A stretch of 64,000 nt of DNA from Legionella sp. (GTDB taxonomy: Bacteria > Pseudomonadota > Gammaproteobacteria > Legionellales > Legionellaceae), in assembly GCA_030694525.1 (NCBI GenBank), contig JAUXYG010000195.1, positions 3,292 through 67,291 of the forward strand. Direction: 5' to 3'. A program made the translations under genes and the position numbers. The notes below the pieces were generated by a model that was not told the DNA's origin, searched no databases, and saw only the letters and a program-made list of their open reading frames with translations. The first letter of the stretch is position 1. The number at the start of each line of letters is the position of its first letter. This document shows, one piece after another, positions 10,335 through 20,657 of this stretch.

Positions 10335-11726
10335 TTGGCATCACATGCTTCAACCGTATTAGACGGGCGTCCAGTTACACAGGCGCTTTTCAATAAAATT
10401 CAAATACCGAAGCCTGTTCATCCTGCAAATTTAATGGTTTTATTTTGGGCATTTATTTGCCTTGTTTATTTTTTTGGCCCAATTTATTTGACTCCTGCTG
10501 CTTCCATCTCTACTTTTCTTTTCGTTTCATTGCATCTTCTAATGTTTATCGTTGGATCAACCATTTTATCTCGGGTTGTTTTTTTTAAAACACTGAACAA
10601 TCAGCAGCCCTACCTGTCGTATATAACGAATAAATCTCTGTATACGATAATTTCTTTTGTTCTGTGTATTGGGTTAATAGGCGCGATAAGTAGTATCTAC
10701 AGCAAGCTTGCCATATTAGGTGATCTCAGTTTCTCATCTATTTCGAGATTGCGTGAGTTAAGAGCTCAAGGACTGCTTCATGGTGGTTCGATGCAAAGCA
10801 CCGTGCTCAGTGCTTTAGCTTTTTTAGCCTATCCTGCAGGATTTGTAGGACTTGTTGCGACAATAATTTGTTACGAAACCATTCCCCGCTTGTCTAGAAT
10901 ACTCTGTTTTCTGTTTGTTATAAGCATCATTTTATTAGCGGTATGTGTGGGTGGAAGAAGTCCGATTATGGTTCTGTTTCTATTTATAGGTGCTTCCTGC
11001 TATGTTAGAAATAAGATGGGTAAAAGCTATACGCCGAGATCATTACCTCTTCGAATGGCTATTGCTTCCCTGGTAATCCTGTTTTTTGCCTATAGTAGCT
11101 TTATATGGGTTCTAAGAAGCACTGAATCCGGAATGTCAGCTTCCAGCATGGTTGCTCATGCAGAAAATGTATGGGGAGCACATCCAAAAGAATATCTGGT
11201 TAAAACCAGTGAATGGTTAAATGATCCTGGTTTTACGCAAACGATTTTAAGCACCACATTCTACTTTATTCAAAGCCTGTCTATTTCAGAGCGATTATTA
11301 TCCTCCAGTGAAGTAACACCAACAATGTATGGAGCATATCAAATCGATTTATTTGCTGCCTTTTTCAGAGTTATTCCAGGTGGAGCTGATTTTTTAAAAA
11401 ATGCTTACGGTATTTTGCTTGACGATAATGTGTATGGCTTTTTTACTGGAGCATGGGCTGGATTATTTATCGATTTTGGTGTCTTTAGTTTTTTAGCCGC
11501 TTTATTATGGGGTTATTTTGCGGGTAAATCATGGGTTAATTTTAAGCGTAACCCAGGCGTCCTTACCGGTGTACCTTATGTTTTCTGGACCTATTCTATT
11601 TTTATAAGTTTTGTTTCATTTCCTTTTGGATTCTCTAATTCATTTATGATATTTATTTGGTTTTTGTTTTTTTCCTTAGCAAGTATGCTCTGCTATCGTT
11701 ACAGATGTGTTACAAAAATATCCTGA
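10335..11726 (+). CDS. wzy: O-antigen polymerase (polytopic membrane protein)
   Basis: About 10-11 hydrophobic segments, GGRS motif, NVYGFFTG...FIDFG loop, locus context. Confidence 0.7.
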   Translation: MASHASTVLDGRPVTQALFNKIQIPKPVHPANLMVLFWAFICLVYFFGPIYLTPAASISTFLFVSLHLLMFIVGSTILSRVVFFKTLNNQQPYLSYITNKSLYTIISFVLCIGLIGAISSIYSKLAILGDLSFSSISRLRELRAQGLLHGGSMQSTVLSALAFLAYPAGFVGLVATIICYETIPRLSRILCFLFVISIILLAVCVGGRSPIMVLFLFIGASCYVRNKMGKSYTPRSLPLRMAIASLVILFFAYSSFIWVLRSTESGMSASSMVAHAENVWGAHPKEYLVKTSEWLNDPGFTQTILSTTFYFIQSLSISERLLSSSEVTPTMYGAYQIDLFAAFFRVIPGGADFLKNAYGILLDDNVYGFFTGAWAGLFIDFGVFSFLAALLWGYFAGKSWVNFKRNPGVLTGVPYVFWTYSIFISFVSFPFGFSNSFMIFIWFLFFSLASMLCYRYRCVTKIS

Positions 11727-11763
11727 TATATTCCCATGAAGTAGTAATGATGTGCCCAGGTAT

Positions 11764-12670
11764 AAAACTCCTGGATCCCTCGGACTACTTCTCGGACCCT
11801 CGGACTTACATCCCCCAATTTTCCCTCTATCCCTATGCCCCTCGGCTCGTCCGAGGGGTCCAGTATTCTTGCTCAGTTATAATATACTTTAAGCATATAT
11901 TTTTTTAAAATTCTATTTTCTTTATTTGCTCAAATTGTGACTTACATTTGAAATACTGTGCTTTGATGTAAAACTCCTGGATCCCTCGGACCAGCCGAGG
12001 GACGTAGGGTCTTTTGGATGAGAGTAGTCACTTTATTACTACCTCCACCCTCGAACGGACTTCTCCCACCCTCGGGCTAACTCCCTGCATCCACGAGCTA
12101 ACTTCCCCTCATCCCTACGCCCCTCGGCTCGTGCGAGGGGTCCAGTATGCTTGCTCAGTATGTACTGTAAGGATATAATTCTTATAAATTTCTATTTTCA
12201 TTACTTGCTTAAATTGTGACTTACATTTAAACACTCAGTATGCTCTGGTTTAAACTCCTGGATCCCTCGGACGAGCCGAGGGACGTAAGGGTTTGGATGA
12301 GAGTAGTCACTTTATTACTACTTCTCCTACCCTCCAAACTAACTTGCCCCAGCAGCCCTCGGACTACTTCTCGGATCCTCAGACTAACTTCCCCTCAGCC
12401 CTCGGACTACTTCTCGGACCCTCGGACTAACATCCCCCAATTTTCCCTCTCTATCCCTACGCCCCTCGGCTCGTCCGAGGGGTCCAGTATTCTTGCTCAG
12501 TTATAATATACTTTAAGCATATATTTTTTTTAAATTTCTATTTTCTTTACTTGCTCAAATTGTGACTTACATTTGAAATACTGTGCTTTGATGTAAAACT
12601 CCTGGATCCCTCGGACCAGCCGAGGGACGTAGGATCATTTGAATGAGAGTTATGGATAATACTACTTCCT
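11764..12670. repeat. BIME/REPIN-like array of seven alternating 31-bp REP palindromes
   Basis: CTGGATCCCTCGGAC(G/C)AGCCGAGGGACGTA(G/A) on + at 11771-11785 (truncated), 11977-12007, 12258-12288, 12602-12632; reverse-complement variant at 11833-11863, 12115-12145, 12457-12487; alternating C-rich and AT-rich spacers. Confidence 0.92.
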
Positions 12671-12678
12671 ATACCGTG

Positions 12679-13656
12679 CTATCCTATTGGAGCTTCGTTT
12701 TTAATTGTATTTTCAAGTTGCTGGTACAGTGTAAATGGAGCTTTCCAGTTTAGAATTTCTCTGGCGTTATTCGGATTTATTTCCAGATTATTAATTAATT
12801 GATCAGCCAGATTTTCTTTACCTACTGCTTTTAAAAGTAAACCTAATATCCCTTTAGGGATGGGTAAGAGTATAATTTTTTTATCCATTAGTTTGGCTAT
12901 GGTTTTTATTAATTGGGTGGTCGTTATGGTTTCGTTATCTGCTACAGTAAAGGTATGATTTGCTGCTTTTTCTGAAATGATGCATTCAATAATAAAATGA
13001 ACAAGATTATCAATTCCGATGAATTGTCTTTTGTTATTAATTTTGCCCAATGGAAGCGGCAGTCCCTTTGCGACATATTGGAGCAATTTTTTAAAATTAC
13101 CTTTAACACCTGGCCCGTAAACCAACGGGGGTCTAATTATAACCAGCTCCATATCTTTGGCAAATTGACTTAAACAGTGCTCCGCTTCCAATTTGGATTG
13201 GGCATAAGGTAATTTTGGGTTTGGTGTAGAACAATCGCTAAATGGAATATCTTGACTCGTATTACCTAAAACGCCAATACTGCTTATAAATATAATACGC
13301 TTAATTCCAGCTATTTTGGCCTGCTCGGCCAGATTTTTGCTTGCCTCACAGTTTACCTGACGAAACTCTTTTAAAGGATCAGTGCTGGTTTCATTTAAAA
13401 TATGAGCGCGTGCAGCGCAATGAACAACAGTGTGGGTATTGCACAACGCTTCGCTCCAATCTGTTGTATCACTTAAATCACCCAATTTATAAAGACTCAG
13501 ATTATTAAATTGGGTCATTGATTTTTTTAATGCTGATAAAGCAGTCGCAGAGCGAACAGTACCCCGGACTTCATACCCTTGCTGGCATAAAGTTCGGATT
13601 AAAGCCTGTCCCACAAAGCCACTGGCTCCAGTTACGAGAATTGTTTGATTATGCAT
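12679..13656 (-). CDS. NAD-dependent epimerase/dehydratase (extended SDR, UDP-sugar)
   Basis: TGASGFVG, FISSIGV, YAQSK catalytic YxxxK, IIRPPLVYGPG. Confidence 0.9.
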   Translation of the reverse strand: MHNQTILVTGASGFVGQALIRTLCQQGYEVRGTVRSATALSALKKSMTQFNNLSLYKLGDLSDTTDWSEALCNTHTVVHCAARAHILNETSTDPLKEFRQVNCEASKNLAEQAKIAGIKRIIFISSIGVLGNTSQDIPFSDCSTPNPKLPYAQSKLEAEHCLSQFAKDMELVIIRPPLVYGPGVKGNFKKLLQYVAKGLPLPLGKINNKRQFIGIDNLVHFIIECIISEKAANHTFTVADNETITTTQLIKTIAKLMDKKIILLPIPKGILGLLLKAVGKENLADQLINNLEINPNNAREILNWKAPFTLYQQLENTIKNEAPIG

Positions 13657-14416
13657 TGCTGTATTTTTTTTGATATTGTTGGAAACGATCGACTAATTTG
13701 TGAGCGATAAGTTTCATTGGTGAATAAGAATAATCATGTTGTTTTAATGCTTCCATAATTTCTTTATTTTGATTGATGATGTTTTTGAAGGATTTATTAG
13801 TTGTTCCCCCTAATCGCATTTTTATCATCATATCGGGAATATAGGAGACTTTTATTTTATGAGTATACAATAATCGCAACAACAGCTCATAATCTGATGC
13901 CAGTTTATAATCCAGGTTAAAAAACATACCATGAGTGTCATGAACTTCTCTTTTCGCATAAAACGTTGGATGGGCAGGTATCCAACCTTTGGCTATGAGT
14001 TCCAGTTTATAGGGACTTGATTTCCAATAGCGAACAATTTGATCGGTGTTATTTTGATTCACATATACCAAGTCACCGTAGCACGCATCAACATCTGGTT
14101 TTGATAATTCTTTTACCACATTACTTAGAACATTCTCATGAGCAAGCATATCATCAGAGTTTAATAAACCTATTACATCCCCCGTTGCTTTAGCCACACC
14201 TCTATTCATGGCATCATAAAGTCCATTATCTCGCTCCGAAGTCAGATGAGCGATATGTTCTTTATTTTGTTCCAGTATGTCTAAAGTACCATCGGTTGAG
14301 CCACCATCAATTATGATGTGCTCAACATTTTTATGAGTTTGCATTTGAATGGTTCTTAACGTGTCGCGAATTGTTGCTTCACTGTTGTAACAAGCTGTAA
14401 CTATTGAAATTTTCAT
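13649..14416 (-). CDS. GT2 glycosyltransferase (WcaE-like)
   Basis: MKISIVTACYNS start at ATG 14416 (the ORF track extends to 14545); IIDGGSTDGT, LNSDD. Confidence 0.9.
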   Translation of the reverse strand: MKISIVTACYNSEATIRDTLRTIQMQTHKNVEHIIIDGGSTDGTLDILEQNKEHIAHLTSERDNGLYDAMNRGVAKATGDVIGLLNSDDMLAHENVLSNVVKELSKPDVDACYGDLVYVNQNNTDQIVRYWKSSPYKLELIAKGWIPAHPTFYAKREVHDTHGMFFNLDYKLASDYELLLRLLYTHKIKVSYIPDMMIKMRLGGTTNKSFKNIINQNKEIMEALKQHDYSYSPMKLIAHKLVDRFQQYQKKYSNA

Positions 14417-14427
14417 ATAATTCCCAA

Positions 14428-15687
14428 TTAAGATTGTAGAAGTAGAAAGGGGCGTATTGTTCTCTGCATCATAATAGTTAATGAATAAAGTAGTAAAACC
14501 AAACTTGCAGTGGCCGATGATACTGCTGCACCCGTGAGTCCCCAATGGGGTACTAAAATGCTGTTACCCACTATTATAATAACAAATGCGGTAAGGTTTA
14601 TAGTTAATATTAACCGATCTTTATGCTGAGCATAAAGGGTATAAAGTGGAACATCAGCAACACTGCGACAAGCCGCGCCTAACAAAAGAAAGTAAAATAC
14701 CTGAATATTGTGTAAATAAACAGGTTTATTCAGAAGGGTGATGAAGGGTATTATTAATGCAACACAGATTATGGAAAATGCAATTACAAAATAAATCGTG
14801 TATTTCAGCATATTTATTGATTCATTATAAAATAATTTGCTATTGTTTTCTTTCCACGCGCTTATTAATTGCGCTAATCGCATTCGAGCTACACCTGTAT
14901 TAACCAGTGTATGCAGAGTAATACTTAGACCAGCATAGAAAGTATATATTCCAACAGCCTCAATGCCACAATAATAATTTACAAAAAATCGTTCAATATA
15001 AAGCAGACTTAATGCACAAAAGGCAGAGATCATAAACGGGCGCGAAATTTTTAAACCTTCCACTATTCGTCGCCACTGCACCGGCTGCACCCAAATCATT
15101 CCCCAGGGTAACTTATGAAGAGCTGCCAAAGCGATGACAATACTTAGGGACGCACCTGTCAGCCAGGCTATAAAAATTAAATTAAAATATCTAGTGGCCG
15201 GATATAGATAAAAAATAGGCAATAATACACAAATCCATAATCCTTGCCTGATAAAAAAGATAATATTGGCAAAGTGAGGACGAGCCAAGGCAATAAAAAT
15301 GCGCATTAATTCATTGGATGCATGTTCAACCAGGGTAATAACAAAAAACCATAACCATAAAGTATAGGGAAAAATATCTGTATAAAAAAACAGATAAAAG
15401 AATGGCGATAAAACGATAAATGTTAAAAAATACAGAATAAATTGATCGCGAATAATAATAATTTGTTCAGTAGGTGTTACTCCTACCAGAGCTCGAGAGG
15501 TAAAATTATAAAATTCCAAACCTAAAAAAAACAACGCGTAAGCAATAACTGCTGTCAAAACCCCGTACATACCAAGCTCTTCAGGCTGGAAATAAGTTAC
15601 CAGGAAAATAACCAGCAAAAATTTGGCACCCAGAGTAGAGGCTCGTAAAGCTATGGTTGCGAGGTTACAAAATAAAGACCAATTCAT
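14428..15687 (-). CDS. wzx: oligosaccharide flippase (MOP/Wzx family)
   Basis: About 12 TM segments, EELGMYG and EAVGIYTF repeats, WGLTGAAVSS motif. Confidence 0.8.
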   Translation of the reverse strand: MNWSLFCNLATIALRASTLGAKFLLVIFLVTYFQPEELGMYGVLTAVIAYALFFLGLEFYNFTSRALVGVTPTEQIIIIRDQFILYFLTFIVLSPFFYLFFYTDIFPYTLWLWFFVITLVEHASNELMRIFIALARPHFANIIFFIRQGLWICVLLPIFYLYPATRYFNLIFIAWLTGASLSIVIALAALHKLPWGMIWVQPVQWRRIVEGLKISRPFMISAFCALSLLYIERFFVNYYCGIEAVGIYTFYAGLSITLHTLVNTGVARMRLAQLISAWKENNSKLFYNESINMLKYTIYFVIAFSIICVALIIPFITLLNKPVYLHNIQVFYFLLLGAACRSVADVPLYTLYAQHKDRLILTINLTAFVIIIVGNSILVPHWGLTGAAVSSATASLVLLLYSLTIMMQRTIRPFLLLQS

Positions 15688-16007
15688 AAAGTGTTAAAAT
15701 CCCGGAGCGTGATGATTTGTGCAAATTGTCATTGATTCACTAGACCCTTAAATTATCCAGTACAGCGCTGTCTTTGGCAATGGTTATAAAACCTAATTTG
15801 TATCACTCGCGTCCGGATAATTAAAAGCGGATACTTGAAGAGGAGATAAATTTCAAACATCTCTTGACAGTTAAGAGATTTTTTTTGTGTTCAATGGTAG
15901 TATTATCCTTTTAATATTCTGTAGATAACAGTAGGTTCGGGTAAGGGTGTTTGAATAGCTCCCTCCTGCTTCCAATGTACGATAAGCTTTTAATTTTAGG
16001 TTTGATA

Positions 16008-16733
16008 ATGATTAATCAGAAAAGAGTTCTTGCCGTTATTCCTGCAAGGGGCGGAAGTAAAGGGTTACCGGATAAAAATATACGTCCTTTGAGTGGAATA
16101 CCCTTGATTGCCTGGCCAATTAAAGCTGCATTGAGCTCGAAATACATCGACCGTGTGGTAGTGAGCACCGATGCGGAGCCTATTGCAAAAGTTGCTCTTG
16201 AATACGGAGCGGATGTTCCATTCATGCGACCAGCAGAGTTTGCTAAAGATACTTCACCCTCTTCAGATGCACTAATTCATGCGATAGAATTTTGTACAAA
16301 AACTGATGGACAATACGATTATATTGTACTTCTGGAACCTACCTCACCCCTTACCGAAACAAAGGATATTGATCAAGCTTTGGAAACATTGGTGTCAAGC
16401 AGCGCCTTGTCTATAGTAGGTGCGAGCAAAGTAGAGGGAACTCATCCTGTTTATTGCGCGACTATTGGCGATGACAATTTGCTAAAACCATTTAAAAGAG
16501 ACAGTTTTGCAAGCCCCATCCGCAGGCAGGATTTAGAGGAGCTTTACTATTTTGAAGGCTCTCTTTATATTTCTGATATTAGCAAATATCTTGAAGCCCG
16601 GACTTTTTATCATGACTTTACCTTACCTTATCTGGTTCCAGCCTGGAAAGCGATTGAAATTGATACCTTGTTAGATTTTATAAAAATTGAGGCAGTGCTT
16701 AAACATAAAGACACTTTAGTGTTAACTGATTAA
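16008..16733 (+). CDS. neuA: CMP-nonulosonate synthetase (acylneuraminate cytidylyltransferase)
   Basis: VIPARGGSKGLPDKNI, VSTD, LEPTSP, IEIDT motifs; ATG 16008 preferred over the TTG at 15951. Confidence 0.92.
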   Translation: MINQKRVLAVIPARGGSKGLPDKNIRPLSGIPLIAWPIKAALSSKYIDRVVVSTDAEPIAKVALEYGADVPFMRPAEFAKDTSPSSDALIHAIEFCTKTDGQYDYIVLLEPTSPLTETKDIDQALETLVSSSALSIVGASKVEGTHPVYCATIGDDNLLKPFKRDSFASPIRRQDLEELYYFEGSLYISDISKYLEARTFYHDFTLPYLVPAWKAIEIDTLLDFIKIEAVLKHKDTLVLTD

Positions 16734-16736
16734 TTT

Positions 16737-18071
16737 ATGGAAATCAAAATGGCAGACGATTTTAAATCACGATTATTACATGTAATTCCAGGTGGCGCTC
16801 ATACCTATTCGCGTGGATATGATCAATATCCTGAAAATGCCCCGCAAATTATGGATCGAGGGAAGGGGGCGTATACTTATGATGAATATAATAATGAGTT
16901 TCTGGATTATGGTATGGCTCTTCGCGCGGTGAATATAGGCTACGCAGAAGATGAGATCGATCTGGCTGCCTTTGAGCAGATCAAAAAAGGAAACAATCTT
17001 ACCAGGCCCTCATTTATAGAGCTGGAGGCTGCGGAATTATTAGTCAATTTGATTGATAGTGTGGATATGGTTAAATTTACCAAAAATGGTTCAACAGCGG
17101 TTTCTGCAGCAGTAAAACTCTCAAGAGCTTACACCGGAAGAACTCTGGTAGCTCGATGTGCTGAGCAACCCTTCTTCTCATATGATGATTGGTTTATTGC
17201 TTCAACTCCAATAAAAAGAGGCATTCCACAAAACATTATTGATCAGACGAAGATGTTTCATTACAACGATATTGACTCTTTAGAACAATTAATTGAAGAA
17301 TACCCCAACCAAATCGCCTGCGTCATTCTTGAGCCGAGCAGTTTGGAGCATCCCCAACCTTCAATAACAGTTCCTGGTGAAACTTATCTTCATGATGTGC
17401 AACGACTGTGTAAAAAGCATGGAATTGTTTTTGTTTTGGACGAAATGATCACTGGGTTTCGCTGGGACTTAAAAGGAGCACAACATTACTATAATATCCA
17501 AGCCGATTTGTGCACTTTTGGCAAGGCTATGGCAAACGGTTTTGCAGTTGCTGCAATTGCGGGAAAGCGCGACATAATGGAACTTGGCTCAATTGAATTT
17601 GCTGGAAGAGAGCGATTGTTCTTATTATCAACCACGCATGGCGCTGAAATGTGTGGCCTTGGGGCATTTGTTAAAACTGTAGAGGTAATGCAGCGCCAGG
17701 GCGTGGTGGAGCATATGTGGGATTATGGCCAGAAACTAATTAATTTGATCAACGAAAAAGCGACGGCAGCCGGTATTGCGGACTTTTTCAAAGCGGGTGG
17801 CGTGCCTTGCTCGCCTTGGTATGCGACATATAACCATTTGAATGAAGTATCGTTACCGTTTCGCACTCTATTTTCACAGGAGATGATAAAATCTGGTGTG
17901 CTAATGCCCTGGATTGCGCTCAGTTATCGACATGGCGAAAAAGAATTGGAAAAAACAGGCATGGCTTTGGAGAAGACATTCAAGATTTATGCTCATGCAT
18001 TAGAGCAGGGTTCAACTGAGGGATATTTAAAGGGTGATGTTATTAAACCGGTTTTTAGACCCATTAATTAA
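16737..18071 (+). CDS. class III PLP aminotransferase (glutamate-semialdehyde aminomutase-like, glycan-locus type)
   Basis: DEMITGFRW, DLCTFGKAMANG, STTHG motifs. Confidence 0.85.
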   Translation: MEIKMADDFKSRLLHVIPGGAHTYSRGYDQYPENAPQIMDRGKGAYTYDEYNNEFLDYGMALRAVNIGYAEDEIDLAAFEQIKKGNNLTRPSFIELEAAELLVNLIDSVDMVKFTKNGSTAVSAAVKLSRAYTGRTLVARCAEQPFFSYDDWFIASTPIKRGIPQNIIDQTKMFHYNDIDSLEQLIEEYPNQIACVILEPSSLEHPQPSITVPGETYLHDVQRLCKKHGIVFVLDEMITGFRWDLKGAQHYYNIQADLCTFGKAMANGFAVAAIAGKRDIMELGSIEFAGRERLFLLSTTHGAEMCGLGAFVKTVEVMQRQGVVEHMWDYGQKLINLINEKATAAGIADFFKAGGVPCSPWYATYNHLNEVSLPFRTLFSQEMIKSGVLMPWIALSYRHGEKELEKTGMALEKTFKIYAHALEQGSTEGYLKGDVIKPVFRPIN

Positions 18072-18079
18072 GATGTACT

Positions 18080-18859
18080 ATGAATGATATTCTTAAAAAT
18101 AAAGTAGTTGTTGTTACTGGAGGCGCCGGCCTTTTAGGTCGAGAATTTATCTCATCAATTGCAGCGCAGGGTGGAATAGCAATCATCGCCGATCTGGATA
18201 ACGAAGCAAGCAGAAATTCATTGAGCGCTCTACAAAAGCAGGATTTTTCCGGAACTATAGATTTTACCCCTATTGATATAACCAATAAAACTTCAGTGCT
18301 TAATGCAATAGCGTTTGTTAATGAAACTTATGGTAGAATTGATGCTTTAGTAAACAATGCCTATCCAAGAAACAAACATTATGGCCGTTTATTAATGGAT
18401 GTGGAATATGACGATTTTTGTGACAACCTGAATCTGAACTTAGGAGGTTATTTTTTAACCTCGCAACAATTTGCAGCGTATTTTCTTAAACAGGGTTTTG
18501 GGAACATAGTTAATATCGCTTCAATATATGGAGTGGTTGCACCAAAGTTTGAAATCTATGAAAATACCCCGATGACAATGCCTGTTGAATATGCGGTTAT
18601 AAAATCTGCAATAATTCATCTGACGAAATATTTTGCAAAATCATTTAAAGGTAAAAATATAAGAGTGAATAGTCTTAGTCCCGGGGGTATATTTGATTCG
18701 CAACCCGAACTGTTTGTTAATGCTTATAAAGAACAATGCATTAATAAGGGAATGCTAGATAAAAGCGATTTATCAGGCTCGTTAATTTATTTGCTATCTG
18801 ATATGTCAGAGTGTGTTAATGGTCAAAATCTCGTTGTAGACGATGGATTTACAATATAA
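18080..18859 (+). CDS. SDR oxidoreductase (PtmA-like)
   Basis: VTGGAGLLG, LVNNAYP, ASIYG, YAVIK, RVNSLSPGG. Confidence 0.85.
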   Translation: MNDILKNKVVVVTGGAGLLGREFISSIAAQGGIAIIADLDNEASRNSLSALQKQDFSGTIDFTPIDITNKTSVLNAIAFVNETYGRIDALVNNAYPRNKHYGRLLMDVEYDDFCDNLNLNLGGYFLTSQQFAAYFLKQGFGNIVNIASIYGVVAPKFEIYENTPMTMPVEYAVIKSAIIHLTKYFAKSFKGKNIRVNSLSPGGIFDSQPELFVNAYKEQCINKGMLDKSDLSGSLIYLLSDMSECVNGQNLVVDDGFTI

Positions 18860-18870
18860 GTAGGTGATTT

Positions 18871-20046
18871 ATGAGTGATAAACTGAAGCGTTGTTCAAAC
18901 TGTCTGCTGCCAGAGACTTATGAAACAATCGAATTCGATAGTAATGGATGTTGCAATATTTGCAATTCTGCCAAAATTAAAAAAGAAAATATTGATTGGG
19001 ATGCAAGAAAGCGATTACTTGATCAATTGATTGAAAAATATCGGGGAAAAGGGGATTACGATTGTATTATCCCGTTTAGTGGCGGTAAAGACAGTACTTT
19101 CCAATTATTGTATCTCATGAAAGAGTACAATATTAAGCCTCTTGTTGTGCGATTTAATCATGGATTTATGCGATCTGTGATTGCCGATAATAATCAGCGT
19201 ACGTTTAAAAAATTGGGAGTCGATGTTATTGATTTTACTCCTAATTGGAAGATTGTTAAAAAATTGATGTTAGAATCGTTTATTCGCAAAACTGATTTTT
19301 GTTGGCATTGCCATACGGGAATTTATTCCTATCCGATGCAAATTGCCATAAAATTCAATGTGCCTCTAATATTTTGGGGTGAACCACAGGCCGAATTAAC
19401 TGCTTATTATGATTATCTGAATGATGAAATTGAATATGAAGATGAAAAAAAATTCAATATGATTCGCAATTTAGGTATATCCGCCGACGATATGTACGGG
19501 ATGATCAACAAACCTGACGATCCCATTGATCGCCGTGACTTAAATCCATTTACTTATCCCAAGTTAAGCGAGCTTAAAAAGCTGGGGTACGCCTCTGTCT
19601 GCTTAGGAAGTTTTATTCCCTGGGATTATGAAGCCAATACTAAATGGATTAAGGAAGAATTAGGCTGGCAGGCAGATGAGCTCGAAGGTGTTCCTAATGA
19701 AGTGAATACTACGGGTGAAAAAATTGAGTGCTTCATGCAAGGTACCCGAGATTATATTAAGTATATAAAACGAGGCTACAGTCGAATCACGCAAATCAAC
19801 TCCATTAAATTACGTAATGGAATTATTTCGCAAGAAGAGGCAAAAGAGTGGAATGCGATGGAGGGTCATCGTCCTGAATCTTTAGATGTCTTTTTAAGTT
19901 ATGTCGGTCTGACTGAAGAAGAATTTAATATTATTGTAAAAGAAATGGCTATCCCACCTTATGAGCATGATTTCGCTAATAATAAGAAAGCGAAACCTGT
20001 TTGGGATACTATTAAGTGGTATAGAGAAGGTGAATGGACAAAATAA
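18871..20046 (+). CDS. N-acetyl sugar amidotransferase (WbuX/PseA-like)
   Basis: CSNC...CNIC N-terminus, YDCIIPFSGGKDS PP-loop, CWHCH. Confidence 0.88.
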   Translation: MSDKLKRCSNCLLPETYETIEFDSNGCCNICNSAKIKKENIDWDARKRLLDQLIEKYRGKGDYDCIIPFSGGKDSTFQLLYLMKEYNIKPLVVRFNHGFMRSVIADNNQRTFKKLGVDVIDFTPNWKIVKKLMLESFIRKTDFCWHCHTGIYSYPMQIAIKFNVPLIFWGEPQAELTAYYDYLNDEIEYEDEKKFNMIRNLGISADDMYGMINKPDDPIDRRDLNPFTYPKLSELKKLGYASVCLGSFIPWDYEANTKWIKEELGWQADELEGVPNEVNTTGEKIECFMQGTRDYIKYIKRGYSRITQINSIKLRNGIISQEEAKEWNAMEGHRPESLDVFLSYVGLTEEEFNIIVKEMAIPPYEHDFANNKKAKPVWDTIKWYREGEWTK

Positions 20047-20657
20047 TAGGTATTCTTGATTATGGTATGGGCAATATTAATTCGGTCCATAATGCATTAA
20101 GTTATCTCGGGTATGAGCCGTTGGTATTAAAAACAGCTCAGGAGATTGAACAATGCTCGCATCTTATTGTGCCCGGGGTTGGCTCTTATGCTAAAGCGAT
20201 GGCCAATATAGTTGAACTTGGGATGGATCGTGAAATAGCCCGACATGTTCAGGATGGCAAGCCTCTATTAGGCATTTGTCTTGGCATGCAGATTCTTTCT
20301 GAATTGGGGGAAGAGGGTGGATCATTTTCCGGTTTGGGCTTTATACCCGGAAAAGTACAAATGCTCGATCTGCCCGATTTGCCGGTTCCTCACGTAGGGT
20401 GGAATTCTCTTGAATTCCACTTTGAACATCCTATAACAGAAAAACTAAAAAAACATGTTGATTTTTACTTTGTCCATTCCTATTTTTTTAACGTGACCCA
20501 GGTGCAAAATATTCTTGCTACAACGGAATATGGAACCAAATTTCCCGCTATAGTTGCAAAGCATAATATAGTAGGTATTCAATTTCATCCCGAAAAAAGT
20601 CAGGATAATGGGTTGCTATTAATTGAAAATTTTTGTGAGTGGGACGGACTATGTTAA
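20034..20657 (+). CDS. hisH: glutamine amidotransferase, HisH paralogue (WbuY-like)
   Basis: LDYGMGN, PGVGS, LGICLGMQ, YFVHSY, QFHPEKS; glycan-locus copy. Confidence 0.85.
   Translation: MDKIIGILDYGMGNINSVHNALSYLGYEPLVLKTAQEIEQCSHLIVPGVGSYAKAMANIVELGMDREIARHVQDGKPLLGICLGMQILSELGEEGGSFSGLGFIPGKVQMLDLPDLPVPHVGWNSLEFHFEHPITEKLKKHVDFYFVHSYFFNVTQVQNILATTEYGTKFPAIVAKHNIVGIQFHPEKSQDNGLLLIENFCEWDGLC

Noticed and set aside
11657-12506. ORFs 11657-11908 and 12240-12506 with repeated PSDYFSDPRT peptide
   Set aside because: They are translations of the REP array; no RBS or protein-like composition
11764-12670. CRISPR array interpretation of the 31-bp repeats
   Set aside because: Repeats alternate in orientation, spacers are 45-170 bp and are themselves repeated, and no cas genes are present
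16737-18071. hemL (haem synthesis)
   Set aside because: Sits between neuA and a PtmA-like SDR; context indicates a glycan-pathway paralogue
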